A DNA stretch of 64,000 nt from a virus, in the IMG/VR virus record IMGVR_UViG_3300033997_000074, positions 1 through 64,000 of that record; one strand, 5' to 3'. Within the stretch, counting starts at the first letter, position 1, and each line of letters opens with the position of its first letter. The notes under the pieces were generated by a model. That model had not been told where the DNA came from and searched no databases. It saw only the letters and a program-made list of their open reading frames with translations. The position numbers and the translations under genes are program-made. Of the stretch, positions 27,291 to 35,260 are shown piece after piece.

Positions 27291-27491
27291 ATGACACAAC
27301 AAATTGAAGAAAATGTTGTAGAAGGACAAGTGCAATCTCCTTCTCAAATTGCACGACTGTTCACAAACCTAGATGCACTGCTTGACTTTGCTAAATGGGC
27401 ACGCCCTGCTGCTTTTACTGTGCAATCTGGTGTAGATGAGGATGGTAAGATGGTGTGGCAGATTGTCTATCATACACAGAACAGGGATTGA
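27291..27491 (+). CDS. Hypothetical protein
   Basis: Trimmed to MTQQIEEN in a packed array. Confidence 0.45.
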   Translation: MTQQIEENVVEGQVQSPSQIARLFTNLDALLDFAKWARPAAFTVQSGVDEDGKMVWQIVYHTQNRD

Positions 27492-27493
27492 AA

Positions 27494-27739
27494 ATGAACA
27501 CACATTACAATGCAGCTTCTCAAGTGGAAGCTCTGAGCTATGTTCTTAACACTCTCATACAATCTTCAGCTAAAGAATCTGAGGGGTGTGTGAGGCATGT
27601 ACGACAGAAAGAACTCCTCATCAGCATCCAGCTCACTAAAAAGCTGTTGCAACATGCTGAAGAGCTTGCTATGATGGAGGCAGAAGTTGAAGCATTGTTT
27701 GAAGGGAATGCTTCTCTTGGTATTCACAACCAGCAATAG
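27494..27739 (+). CDS. Hypothetical protein
   Basis: Trimmed to MNTHYNAAS in a packed array. Confidence 0.45.
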   Translation: MNTHYNAASQVEALSYVLNTLIQSSAKESEGCVRHVRQKELLISIQLTKKLLQHAEELAMMEAEVEALFEGNASLGIHNQQ

Positions 27740-27750
27740 GAGAATAGAAA

Positions 27751-27948
27751 ATGCAAGAACAAAAACAAGAAGACATTCTATTGAATTCAGAGCGTAGAGC
27801 TTTGATGGATGAGATAGCAGAGATTAAGCAACGTCTTGATGCTGCTTGGGCATCTAACAATCGTCGGATGAACAGGATTATTCTGACAGCAGACTACCTG
27901 GATGTTTCTGCTAAAGATAAATTGCTTGCAGCAGTGTGGGAGAAATAA
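27751..27948 (+). CDS. Hypothetical protein
   Basis: 65-aa ORF with SD AGGAGA upstream. Confidence 0.45.
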   Translation: MQEQKQEDILLNSERRALMDEIAEIKQRLDAAWASNNRRMNRIILTADYLDVSAKDKLLAAVWEK

Positions 27949-27949
27949 G

Positions 27950-28129
27950 ATGACTAACTGCTTAGAAATTACAGAGAATTACAAATCTCTTTTGAATATG
28001 TGTGACACAAAGACAGCAGCAGATGTTATCATGTTCCGTAGTGGTGAGCTTACAGAGCAAATGCTTGTAGACATTATGTACTCAATGAAAGGGGAGATTA
28101 TGCTTCGGCAAATGGAGGAAGAGAGTTGA
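27950..28129 (+). CDS. Hypothetical protein
   Basis: Trimmed to MTNCLEITEN in a packed array. Confidence 0.4.
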   Translation: MTNCLEITENYKSLLNMCDTKTAADVIMFRSGELTEQMLVDIMYSMKGEIMLRQMEEES

Positions 28130-28269
28130 TTACACAGAAAGAAATTAAAGATGCTGTATTCCTGATTATCGAGAATCTTGAGGAATGTACAGATGATACA
28201 CTGGAACGTCTAAGCTTTAATATTTGGGCTGAGATGCAAGAGCGTGGATATGAGGAGGAACATACATAA
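28126..28269 (+). CDS. Small 47-aa ORF (TTG start)
   Basis: Manual translation: LITQKEIKDAVFLIIENLEECTDDTLERLSFNIWAEMQERGYEEEHT. It fills an otherwise empty gap. Confidence 0.3.
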   Translation: MITQKEIKDAVFLIIENLEECTDDTLERLSFNIWAEMQERGYEEEHT

Positions 28270-28589
28270 TGTCTAAAGAATTTTGTTATGTTGTAGCATT
28301 TCAAGAAAATGCAAAAGAGCTTTATGTAGGGCTTGTGCTTGATGTGGTATATTATCATAAACAAGAAGCTGATTTCTCTGCTGATAATCCTGATGATTTC
28401 TACGGATACACAGAAATTGAATGGAATGTTGCACGAGCTGATATTTTCGATGATAATACTGACGAGCTTGTTGAGGCTCTAGAGAGTCCCACAAAAGAAT
28501 ATTGTGAAGAACGCTTCAATGTTGACACAGATTATCTTGAAGCATGGCTTATTGAACAAATTGAAATGGAGAAAGAAGATGAGCAATAA
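28269..28589 (+). CDS. Hypothetical acidic protein
   Basis: 106-aa ORF in a packed array. Confidence 0.5.
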   Translation: MSKEFCYVVAFQENAKELYVGLVLDVVYYHKQEADFSADNPDDFYGYTEIEWNVARADIFDDNTDELVEALESPTKEYCEERFNVDTDYLEAWLIEQIEMEKEDEQ

Positions 28590-28821
28590 AATTCGTGTAC
28601 GTGTTCCAAATGGGAAGCCTATCTTCTACCTTGACACAGGCGTAGTCCTTGATAATATTCGCTTTGTCAAATACAGCACAGAAGATGATGCTCCAGCTTT
28701 CACTGTTGTAAAACGAGATGGAACATTCTACACTCAAGCCCCTGTCAATGGGAAGAACATTCATTGCACGCTAGAGAAAGCTATCAACCGTTATGGCTTG
28801 TCTGTATATTTGGTGAGCTAA
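28579..28821 (+). CDS. Hypothetical protein
   Basis: Trimmed to MSNKIRVRVPNGK. Confidence 0.45.
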   Translation: MSNKIRVRVPNGKPIFYLDTGVVLDNIRFVKYSTEDDAPAFTVVKRDGTFYTQAPVNGKNIHCTLEKAINRYGLSVYLVS

Positions 28822-28822
28822 G

Positions 28823-29116
28823 ATGGACGTACATGTAGTGAATATCAGGAATGATGTGAGGGTTTTCTCTACATTTGAGAAGGCTCTTGCTTTCGTCTCC
28901 AAGCATAACAACAAAGTGGGACGTGTAGCCCAATTCCTTGCAGCAGACAGAGAGATGTTTGATGGGATGATGGAAGAGCATCTTCACAATGTATGGGTTA
29001 GCAACTCTTCTTATGAGAGATGGCGAGAAGATAAGATGCAAGAGCTTGGCATTGAAGAAGATGATCTTCTAGAATACACAGACACGATATTTATTCATAC
29101 GGTGGAGGTGGAATGA
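28823..29116 (+). CDS. Hypothetical protein
   Basis: 97-aa ORF in a packed array. Confidence 0.5.
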   Translation: MDVHVVNIRNDVRVFSTFEKALAFVSKHNNKVGRVAQFLAADREMFDGMMEEHLHNVWVSNSSYERWREDKMQELGIEEDDLLEYTDTIFIHTVEVE

Positions 29117-29448
29117 TGTCTCCTAAAGAGAAGATTGACAGCGTGTGGAATAGCATCTGGAAAGATATTCTAGAGAATCCTGATGGCACACCGGACATGG
29201 ACAGTATAAAACGTGAGCTGCATGACTACGTTGTCTTGTTCAAGAGTGTCCAGACAGCTTATTCTCGTTTGACAGGAGGAGAGATTAATCACCCCTTTAC
29301 ACAATTGGATGTTCTTATCTCCTATGTTGATTTGTATTATGAGGAGATGATGTCTGTAGGCTATCAGGAAGAACAAGAGGAGGAAGTGTTCCAAGAAGAA
29401 AGAGCTTCGCTCTTTGATGCTCCATATTCAAAAGCAACGATCCACTGA
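29113..29448 (+). CDS. Hypothetical protein
   Basis: 111-aa ORF with an ATGA overlap. Confidence 0.5.
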   Translation: MMSPKEKIDSVWNSIWKDILENPDGTPDMDSIKRELHDYVVLFKSVQTAYSRLTGGEINHPFTQLDVLISYVDLYYEEMMSVGYQEEQEEEVFQEERASLFDAPYSKATIH

Positions 29449-29458
29449 GGAGAAATAA

Positions 29459-29722
29459 ATGACATTCCTAATTACATACTACGTTATCGGCCTTGTCCTC
29501 TCTGCCATGCTTCTGTTGGTAACATGGAAGTTTCTTGGGGAGCAAGGAGTGTACCAGTTCTATCGTGAGGAATATCACAATACAAAGCTTTCTGTAAAGG
29601 AAGTGTATGTTTATTTCCACATTGCTGTCCTTGTCCTGTTGCCGTGTCTTTACGGTGTGTGGGTTCTGGAAGCTATCATTGATTACGTCTTCAAAAAGCT
29701 TGCACCAAAGAAAAAGAAGTGA
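29459..29722 (+). CDS. Two-TM membrane protein
   Basis: 87 aa with two hydrophobic helices and a KKKK tail. Confidence 0.5.
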   Translation: MTFLITYYVIGLVLSAMLLLVTWKFLGEQGVYQFYREEYHNTKLSVKEVYVYFHIAVLVLLPCLYGVWVLEAIIDYVFKKLAPKKKK

Positions 29723-29777
29723 TATTATGGCCTGACATTTAACGATGTTGGGCTATTTTTGTTTATGGAGGAAGATA

Positions 29778-29987
29778 ATGAAAATGAATAAACAATGGAA
29801 AAGCATTTACTTAGAACTTCCTATCGACGGGGCTGACTGCTCATGTCGTAGGTCAGGAGAAGAGGGTTATGTGGGCAGTTGCACATATGACGCCAAGACA
29901 AATACATTCAGAAGCTACGAGGATTTTCGTAATCGCGTAGTCGTTACAATCTGGAAAAGTGATGAGTGGTGTTACAATGACATCTAA
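29778..29987 (+). CDS. Hypothetical protein
   Basis: Trimmed to MKMNKQWKS, which follows GGAGGAAG. Confidence 0.45.
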   Translation: MKMNKQWKSIYLELPIDGADCSCRRSGEEGYVGSCTYDAKTNTFRSYEDFRNRVVVTIWKSDEWCYNDI

Positions 29988-30174
29988 AATACGTTGGTAT
30001 ACACAGAAAGACGAATATGGACATCTCATTACAGCAGAAATATCATTAGGGATGTGCGGTCGATACATCGAACACCAGATCATCCCCTGCTGGGAGAATT
30101 TAGTAGATCAGAAGAATGTGCTTGCTTGCACAATAGAAAGAATGCAGAAGAATGTGGAGGACGTGTTGAAATGA
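29977..30174 (+). CDS. Hypothetical protein
   Basis: Trimmed to MTSKIRWYTQ. Confidence 0.4.
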   Translation: MTSKIRWYTQKDEYGHLITAEISLGMCGRYIEHQIIPCWENLVDQKNVLACTIERMQKNVEDVLK

Positions 30175-30434
30175 GTATTTACACAAAAATCAAGTACTGG
30201 GCTGAGAAGAAAGAGCGCCAAGAATGGTTAAAGAAATATCATTGTGACCAGAAGTGCCCTAAGTGCAACACATGGCAGTCTAACTGCGGAGGTTGGCGAG
30301 AAGTGATCAGTAATACACCAGCAGACATGAATGATAGGACACAATGCGGAAAGTGTAATCAGTGGACAACATGGTTTGATTTCGGAATGGGGTTCGTAGT
30401 GGCCGATGACTGCACAGGAGAGCCTTTGAAATGA
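30171..30434 (+). CDS. Zinc-ribbon protein
   Basis: MSIYTKIKYW... with CPKC...CGKC. Confidence 0.45.
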   Translation: MSIYTKIKYWAEKKERQEWLKKYHCDQKCPKCNTWQSNCGGWREVISNTPADMNDRTQCGKCNQWTTWFDFGMGFVVADDCTGEPLK

Positions 30435-30661
30435 TTTTAAAAACTAACCCATATCCAGCAGAGCTTCTATTACGCCTGTCTGGTGTTAATGGATATAAGC
30501 CAATCCATCCTCGTGATGGTACGTGGATTGCAGAGCTGATTAAAGATTATTACAATCAAATATCCAATCTCCAACGTGAGGTGATAACGCTTACACAAGA
30601 GAAAGGAATGCTTGAGCAGGAGAATAAGTTTTTGATTGCACAGATGCAAGAGGAAGAGTGA
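30431..30661 (+). CDS. Hypothetical protein
   Basis: 76-aa ORF with an ATGA overlap. Confidence 0.45.
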   Translation: MILKTNPYPAELLLRLSGVNGYKPIHPRDGTWIAELIKDYYNQISNLQREVITLTQEKGMLEQENKFLIAQMQEEE

Positions 30662-30852
30662 AGAATAGATTGATTGGTATTACAGTTTTGCTGCTATTGG
30701 ACTTTGTGGTGTTTGTATGCCTTGCAGGATTTGGAACGTTGATAGCTGTTATGTTCCTGACAATGCACCCAGTAATGATTATCCTTGGGAAAGTGGTGTC
30801 ATCTTGTTTGGTGTTGTTGCATTTGATGACTAAAGATAACAAAGCCTCTTAA
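30658..30852 (+). CDS. Small membrane protein
   Basis: 64 aa with two hydrophobic helices. Confidence 0.45.
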   Translation: MKNRLIGITVLLLLDFVVFVCLAGFGTLIAVMFLTMHPVMIILGKVVSSCLVLLHLMTKDNKAS

Positions 30853-30879
30853 TTGGGGCTTCTTTTATTGGAGAAGAAA

Positions 30880-31074
30880 ATGAAGGACGATGAATACAAA
30901 CTCTTGACTGACCCTGAATACACAAAGGAATGGGCGGAGCAAGAACTAGCACGAGGAACATTCTATTTCTATGAGCAACTGGGAGTGGAAGACTCCTACA
31001 TTTGTGATTGTCATAGAGCGTATGGTAAGAAGTGTTTATCCCCAGAAAAATATCGAGAAGGAGGGTGTGATTAG
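30880..31074 (+). CDS. Hypothetical protein
   Basis: Trimmed to MKDDEYKLL, which follows GGAGAAG. Confidence 0.45.
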   Translation: MKDDEYKLLTDPEYTKEWAEQELARGTFYFYEQLGVEDSYICDCHRAYGKKCLSPEKYREGGCD

Positions 31075-31084
31075 TGAGGAAATT

Positions 31085-31702
31085 ATGTATAGAGTAGATG
31101 ACATACCCAAATACGACAACCTGTTCATCAGAGATGGTGAGCGGGTTTTTGTCGTTAACAAATATACAGGAGAGATATTACAATCCCTATCTGTCCTAGA
31201 CTATTGTGACTTCTGGTTAAACGAATATCGGACTAACGAAGTAGTCAGAAAATACTATGAGAAGGGGCTGTTTTTCCCAAAGCCTACACCGGACACAGCT
31301 ACAAATATAAAGGAACTTAAATCTCTGTGTTCGGACAGTTCACGAACTGGTAGAGGAGATAACGGATACCTCCTAGACTTCATGCTACTAGATTCTTGCA
31401 CGATAACAGAAAGCAAGATGTTAAAGCTTGTATGTGACAATGTGGTGGTGTGGAACTACAGCGTAATGCCTTGGTCACAGATAAAGAAAGGAATGAACAC
31501 AGGAGACAAGCAGACCAGAAGAGTGTACCTATCTTTATTGAGTAAAGGGTTGATTATTGAACTGACCACAAAGTTTGAAGACGAAGACGGTTGGTCACAC
31601 TTGATAAAAGTGCATCCCAAGTTGTTCTGGAAAGGTAGGTACAGTGCCTTCATGGCGGCTGTTGCTGACAGCTACGAATATGGGCCAGACTTGTTTGCAT
31701 AG
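31085..31702 (+). CDS. Winged-helix-like DNA-binding protein (candidate regulator or initiator)
   Basis: C-terminal TGDKQTRRVYLSLLSKGLIIEL is wHTH-like. A GGACA-N5-TGTCC palindrome lies 7 nt after the stop. Confidence 0.4.
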   Translation: MYRVDDIPKYDNLFIRDGERVFVVNKYTGEILQSLSVLDYCDFWLNEYRTNEVVRKYYEKGLFFPKPTPDTATNIKELKSLCSDSSRTGRGDNGYLLDFMLLDSCTITESKMLKLVCDNVVVWNYSVMPWSQIKKGMNTGDKQTRRVYLSLLSKGLIIELTTKFEDEDGWSHLIKVHPKLFWKGRYSAFMAAVADSYEYGPDLFA

Positions 31703-31708
31703 ATGTTG

Positions 31709-31723
31709 GGACATCAAATGTCC
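31709..31723. promoter_or_regulatory. GGACAtcaaaTGTCC palindrome related to the 16.5-16.7 kb operator-like sites
   Basis: Perfect 5+5 inverted repeat seen in the sequence. Confidence 0.4.
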
Positions 31724-31803
31724 ATCCGATGCTCTGTACCCCTTGTATTTTGGTGTAGAGCAGATGGGCCTACATAATATAGTAAGTATTTAGGAGGAAT
31801 GAA

Positions 31804-32334
31804 GTGGAAGACGAGATTTGGAAAGACATTGAAGACTTTGAAGGGCTGTACCAAGTAAGTAATCTTGGTAGGGTGAAGTCAATGGTTCGTCCTTACAGGA
31901 GAACAGAGAAGATAATTACAGCCACCGATAATGGTCACGGATATCTGATTGTAGGTCTAAGAAGACCAAGTTCTGTTAAAGGTATGCTTGTACATAGGCT
32001 AGTAATGCAAGCTTTTGAACCAATTAGCAATCCAGAAGATATGCAAGTCAACCATAAAGATTTTAATACCTATAACAACAGATTGGATAATCTTGAATGG
32101 TGTACAGTTCTTGAGAATAACCAACACTTCTGGAGAGAAGGTGGGCATATTGACCTTTCGAGTATTACAGGAAGTAATCACCACTTGAGTAGTCTCACTG
32201 AAGAAGATGTTCTGAATATTCGTGCTATGCACGCAACAGGTAAATATTCGGTTAATGGCCTTGCAAAAATATTAGGAATGCCTGAGAGTACAGTGAGATG
32301 TATTGTTAAAAGAAAGACTTGGAAACATCTCTGA
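31804..32334 (+). CDS. HNH homing endonuclease (NUMOD4-type N-terminus)
   Basis: EIWKDIEDFEGLYQVSNLGRVKS and VNHKDFNTYNNRLDNLEWCTVLENNQH. GTG start. Confidence 0.8.
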   Translation: MEDEIWKDIEDFEGLYQVSNLGRVKSMVRPYRRTEKIITATDNGHGYLIVGLRRPSSVKGMLVHRLVMQAFEPISNPEDMQVNHKDFNTYNNRLDNLEWCTVLENNQHFWREGGHIDLSSITGSNHHLSSLTEEDVLNIRAMHATGKYSVNGLAKILGMPESTVRCIVKRKTWKHL

Positions 32335-32358
32335 GAAACACCAACCCCCTCTATTTTT

Positions 32359-32390
32359 GGGACTGCTCTTTTAGGGTAGTCCCTTTTCTT
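32359..32390 (+). terminator. Rho-independent terminator ending the rightward block
   Basis: GGGACT...AGTCCC stem followed by TTTTCTT. Confidence 0.6.
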
Positions 32391-32479
32391 TGCGTCTAGA
32401 AAATATCCTATGAGGGTGAGACCCTTTCAATAAATCCCAGCTCTATGTCCGAGGGGTTTAACAATGCACGCCACCACCA

Positions 32480-32526
32480 ATAGACTACCTCTATGAATTT
32501 TAAAATATCGATAGACTCTCTCTATG
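32480..32526. repeat. Two 16-nt direct repeats, each internally palindromic, spaced 31 bp apart
   Basis: ATAGACTACCTCTATG at 32480 and ATAGACTCTCTCTATG at 32511, flanking AT-rich AATTTTAAAATATCG. Confidence 0.5.
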
Positions 32527-32665
32527 TTACTCTGTAGCACCATGTTAGACGCCTGCTAACTTTAACTGACGTTAAGGAATGATATAGGGGCACTGACGTG
32601 CTAGAAAGGGTTTTTGGAATCGTTCATGCTTAACCACATGCGTGGTCTCGCATTCACTCCAAAGG

Positions 32666-32720
32666 TATTAGAGGGGATATTTAGAGGGATATTTTGAAGG
32701 GAGAGGGGTGTTAGAGAGAT
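32666..32720. repeat. Iteron-like tandem TTAGAGGG(G)A repeats
   Basis: tATTAGAGGGGA tATTTAGAGGGA tATTTTGAAGGGA ... GTTAGAGAGA. The same core recurs at 32859 and 33704. Confidence 0.5.
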
Positions 32721-32853
32721 GCCTACAGACAGCGCAGACGCTGGCTTGTGTGTATTCTCATGCTATCGCATGAAGGGTTGGTGTTATGTTGTCATCTACC
32801 GATGACGGATGTATATAGGGATATGCTAGAGAAAGGATTGGGGAGTGTGTGTG

Positions 32854-32898
32854 TTGGGGTTTAGAGGGGAGGGTAGGAAGGTTTTTAGATGTTTATGT
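32854..32898. repeat. 45-nt repeat copy 1 (42/45 identical to 33699..33743)
   Basis: TTGGGGTTTAGAGGGGAGGGTAGGAAGGTTTTTAGATGTTTATGT. Confidence 0.7.
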
Positions 32899-32911
32899 AG
32901 CAGACAAGAGA

Positions 32912-32929
32912 AAGCCCCTTTCGGGGCTT
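32912..32929 (-). terminator. Terminator hairpin after the 33308-32942 mini-operon
   Basis: AAGCCCC-TTTC-GGGGCTT. The minus-strand T-run is TTTCTCTT. Confidence 0.6.
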
Positions 32930-32941
32930 ATTTGTATGGGG

Positions 32942-33088
32942 TTATTCTTCTCTTACGATGGCATGACCATCGAAGTCGGGATTGTTGTTTAGCTCATCTG
33001 CTAGGGATAAAGCTTCTGTTTCTGTTAGGCCAGAAGCGTAGAGAGTGGTGGTTATGGCGTCGTAGTAGGTGACATAAACATTAAACAT
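32942..33088 (-). CDS. Small 48-aa protein
   Basis: Trimmed to MFNVYVTYYDAITTT..., which follows AAGGAGAACATC. Confidence 0.45.
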   Translation of the reverse strand: MFNVYVTYYDAITTTLYASGLTETEALSLADELNNNPDFDGHAIVREE

Positions 33089-33098
33089 GATGTTCTCC

Positions 33099-33308
33099 TT
33101 ATTCGCAGAGGAAGCCACAAACGCTATCTTCGAGGGTGCAGAATTCATCAACGTTGTAAGCGCAAAGCTCTACCAATTGAATGAACATGAGGTCAGTATC
33201 ATCACCGCAGCTAAGACCAGAGTTAGGGAAGATACGGACGAACTTGGCTTGAGTGTCGGCATTCCAGTAAGCGGCTTTGAGGTCTTGAAGTTCTTTGGAG
33301 AGGATCAT
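33099..33308 (-). CDS. Hypothetical 69-aa protein
   Basis: ORF track; AGGAAACAGAAC ATG. Confidence 0.45.
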   Translation of the reverse strand: MILSKELQDLKAAYWNADTQAKFVRIFPNSGLSCGDDTDLMFIQLVELCAYNVDEFCTLEDSVCGFLCE

Positions 33309-33344
33309 GTTCTGTTTCCTTCTGTTTGTGTTCCGTGTGTAAGC

Positions 33345-33400
33345 ATTGTACTGAGAAACAAGAGAAATGGGAACAGATGTTTTGATTGTATATTCCTATT
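33345..33400 (-). promoter_or_regulatory. Early-type promoter (TTCCCA-17-TACAAT) with a degenerate upstream element
   Basis: Minus strand AATAGGAATATACAATCAAAACATC...TTCCCA-17 nt-TACAAT, with leader ACACGGAAC. Confidence 0.4.
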
Positions 33401-33537
33401 GTCCACTTAGGGGATGATAGGGAAATGCCTATGTGCCTCTAGAAGCCCCTAGAATGCGTTTTAAGAGGGTTTGTGTGAGGCAAGGCATTGGTATGGGGTA
33501 GGGGGAGAAAAGCCCACTATGGAAAGATGAGAATGAT

Positions 33538-33620
33538 TTATCCACAAGGTTATCCACAACTATTTACATAATCAATTGGACATATGGGGAGCTAATAGAA
33601 AGCCTATTGCTTGTGGATAA
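33538..33620. promoter_or_regulatory. Three perfect DnaA boxes (TTATCCACA)
   Basis: 33538-33546 and 33550-33558 on the plus strand, and 33612-33620 inverted (TGTGGATAA). Confidence 0.7.
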
Positions 33621-33660
33621 GTGATTTTGCAGACAAGAGAAAGGATTCTCCGAAAGGAGA

Positions 33661-33678
33661 AAGCCCCTTTCGGGGCTT
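33661..33678 (-). terminator. Terminator hairpin, preceded by a second TTCTCC-GAAA-GGAGAA hairpin
   Basis: AAGCCCC-TTTC-GGGGCTT, identical to the stem at 32912. Confidence 0.5.
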
Positions 33679-33698
33679 TATTTAGTGAGGGTTTCGTA

Positions 33699-33743
33699 TT
33701 GGGGTTTAGAGGTGAGGCTAAGAAGGTTTTTAGATGTTTATGT
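33699..33743. repeat. 45-nt repeat copy 2
   Basis: TTGGGGTTTAGAGGTGAGGCTAAGAAGGTTTTTAGATGTTTATGT. Confidence 0.7.
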
Positions 33744-33756
33744 GTTAGATAAAGAA

Positions 33757-33776
33757 AAGCCCCTTAACAGGGGCTT
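33757..33776 (-). terminator. Terminator after gene 33782..34174
   Basis: AAGCCCC-TTAACA-GGGGCTT, then TTTTCTTT on the minus strand. Confidence 0.6.
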
Positions 33777-33781
33777 TGTTA

Positions 33782-34174
33782 TTAGTCTTGATTGTTAACA
33801 GTCTCGAGCATCACCCTTTCCATTTCCTTTAGATATTGCTCTTTATCCTCCTTGCTGGCGGGGTCAATATGGGGATGATCTCCCCACTTTTCTAGCATGA
33901 TCTCGAAGTAGGCAGCCATTTGCTTTTCATACTTCTGCTTTGCCTTGAATCGCTTTATCGCAAGCTTCTCACCTGCAATCAATCCCGAATCACCTGTCTT
34001 TTTGACGCATTCGCAACCAATACTAGCAACCTTCCCATCGCTGCTCTTAATGATACTCACTTTTTTGATACCACGGCCGCAGAAAGCGCAGCCAGTCGAA
34101 CGCTCCTCATAACCGATAACCTTGAAAGGTGTTTGTCCTAGACCTGCCTCGGTGAAGATATGCGATGCTTTCAT
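33782..34174 (-). CDS. Hypothetical zinc-ribbon protein
   Basis: Trimmed to MKASHIFTEAG..., which follows the conserved leader. Contains CAFC...CEC. Confidence 0.5.
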   Translation of the reverse strand: MKASHIFTEAGLGQTPFKVIGYEERSTGCAFCGRGIKKVSIIKSSDGKVASIGCECVKKTGDSGLIAGEKLAIKRFKAKQKYEKQMAAYFEIMLEKWGDHPHIDPASKEDKEQYLKEMERVMLETVNNQD

Positions 34175-34209
34175 TTTCTTGCTTCCGTGTTTGCTTGGTT
34201 GATGTGGCC

Positions 34210-34237
34210 ATTGTACAGAAGCCCTGGTGGTGGTCAA
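34210..34237 (-). promoter_or_regulatory. Early promoter module (paralog of 36009..36037)
   Basis: AAAAAGCCC TTGACC-16 nt-TACAAT, then leader CACATCAACCAAGCAAACACGGAAGCAAGAA. Confidence 0.55.
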
Positions 34238-34257
34238 GGGCTTTTTACAGATTTATT

Positions 34258-34461
34258 TTACTTTTGCTTTGCCAGGTGCTGAAAGAAATACCGTGCTGTA
34301 CTGCCGCTTGCGCTAGATGGTTTGCGATAACCACATGCTTTAGATGCCTCCACCAGCAGCTCCACCTGGGAGCTGGGAAGGGCGTGGAAGTCTTCAGAGA
34401 AGTCGATACCCTGGGCGCAAAGGGTGGCTTTGATAGTGGCTTTGTCTGCTTTCTTGCTCAT
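34258..34461 (-). CDS. Hypothetical 67-aa protein
   Basis: ORF track; leader ACGGAGCAACAGCC ATG. Confidence 0.5.
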   Translation of the reverse strand: MSKKADKATIKATLCAQGIDFSEDFHALPSSQVELLVEASKACGYRKPSSASGSTARYFFQHLAKQK

Positions 34462-34499
34462 GGCTGTTGCTCCGTATGGGTTTCTGTAAGAGATGGCCC

Positions 34500-34527
34500 A
34501 TTATAGGCATGTTGGGAGTCTGTGCAA
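34500..34527 (-). promoter_or_regulatory. Early promoter
   Basis: TTGCAC-16 nt-TATAAT on the minus strand. Confidence 0.5.
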
Positions 34528-34570
34528 CAACTATTTTCGATTATTTGTGATTTTATTTTAGACATAAGAA

Positions 34571-34590
34571 AGCCCGCTCCAAGCGGGCTT
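34571..34590 (-). terminator. Terminator after 34627..34836
   Basis: AGCCCGCT-CCAA-AGCGGGCT, then TTTCTT on the minus strand. Confidence 0.6.
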
Positions 34591-34626
34591 GATGTGTTGT
34601 GGGGGTGGGTTAAGCTTTAAGGGCGG

Positions 34627-34836
34627 TCAGTAGTGGACCCAGCGGCCTGCGATGTTCCTACCAACAGCGAAGGTACTGAACGGCTTCAGTGCGGTGACAG
34701 CTTCTTCACGAGTCGCGTGACCGTGAGTCGAAAGCATTTTCACCTGACCGCTGGCGATGGTGTCAGCGATCATTTTGTCAGTTGCGGCTTTGGCTTCGTC
34801 GAGTCTGGCTTGCAGGGCTGGGTGGATGGCCATCAT
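34627..34836 (-). CDS. Hypothetical 69-aa protein
   Basis: ORF track; SD GAGGATAAG upstream. Confidence 0.5.
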   Translation of the reverse strand: MMAIHPALQARLDEAKAATDKMIADTIASGQVKMLSTHGHATREEAVTALKPFSTFAVGRNIAGRWVHY

Positions 34837-34872
34837 CTTATCCTCTAGGTTGTGTTTGCTTTCGATGTGCCA

Positions 34873-34900
34873 ATTCTACCAACCTGAGAATCTACGTCAA
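34873..34900 (-). promoter_or_regulatory. Early promoter
   Basis: TTGACG-16 nt-TAGAAT, then CACATCGAAAGC. Confidence 0.55.
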
Positions 34901-35004
34901 CCACTTTTTGCATTCTTTTTAAATTTATTTTCGATGGCTGAGCAAGCCATGAGGATGCATGCGATGATGGCTAATGCTTGCATAGATAGGGCTTCGATGG
35001 TCAT
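34897..35004 (-). CDS. 35-aa hydrophobic peptide (paralog of 37185..37280)
   Basis: Manual translation: GAGGACGCACA ATG, MTIEALSMQALAIIACILMACSAIENKFKKNAKSG. Confidence 0.45.
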   Translation of the reverse strand: MTIEALSMQALAIIACILMACSAIENKFKKNAKSG

Positions 35005-35013
35005 TGTGCGTCC

Positions 35014-35259
35014 TCAATAGATGCGGAGATGCCACAAGCCAACATCTGGCCACAATTCGCGGGCAATCTCTTTGTTCTCATCTAGCAGACGTTGCTTTTC
35101 TTCCTTTGCTTTTTGCTTCAATTCAGTCTCACTGTCTGCCCACAATTGACGATAAAGCGCTTTACACTCCCCATAGAACAGATACCCGCATACATAATTG
35201 CCACCTATAATTGTTCCGCTTGTTTCATCGTCTTTGAACACGTCGTGAATGTTTCCCAT
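35014..35259 (-). CDS. Hypothetical 81-aa protein
   Basis: Trimmed to MGNIHDVFKDD..., which follows AAGGAGGCATAAG. Confidence 0.5.
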   Translation of the reverse strand: MGNIHDVFKDDETSGTIIGGNYVCGYLFYGECKALYRQLWADSETELKQKAKEEKQRLLDENKEIARELWPDVGLWHLRIY

Positions 35260-35260
35260 C

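Noticed and set aside
33560-33600. Plus-strand copy of the early-promoter upstream element (CATAATCAATTGGAC) next to the DnaA boxes, as a possible rightward promoter
   Set aside because: No acceptable -10 hexamer lies at 16-18 nt, and there is no downstream plus-strand gene.
32335-33781. Possible CRISPR or other guide-RNA array suggested by repeated GGGGCTT hairpins and TTAGAGGG units
   Set aside because: The repeat spacing is irregular. The repeated units are terminator hairpins or short iteron-like motifs rather than repeat-spacer units. No cas-like or Nop-domain gene is nearby.
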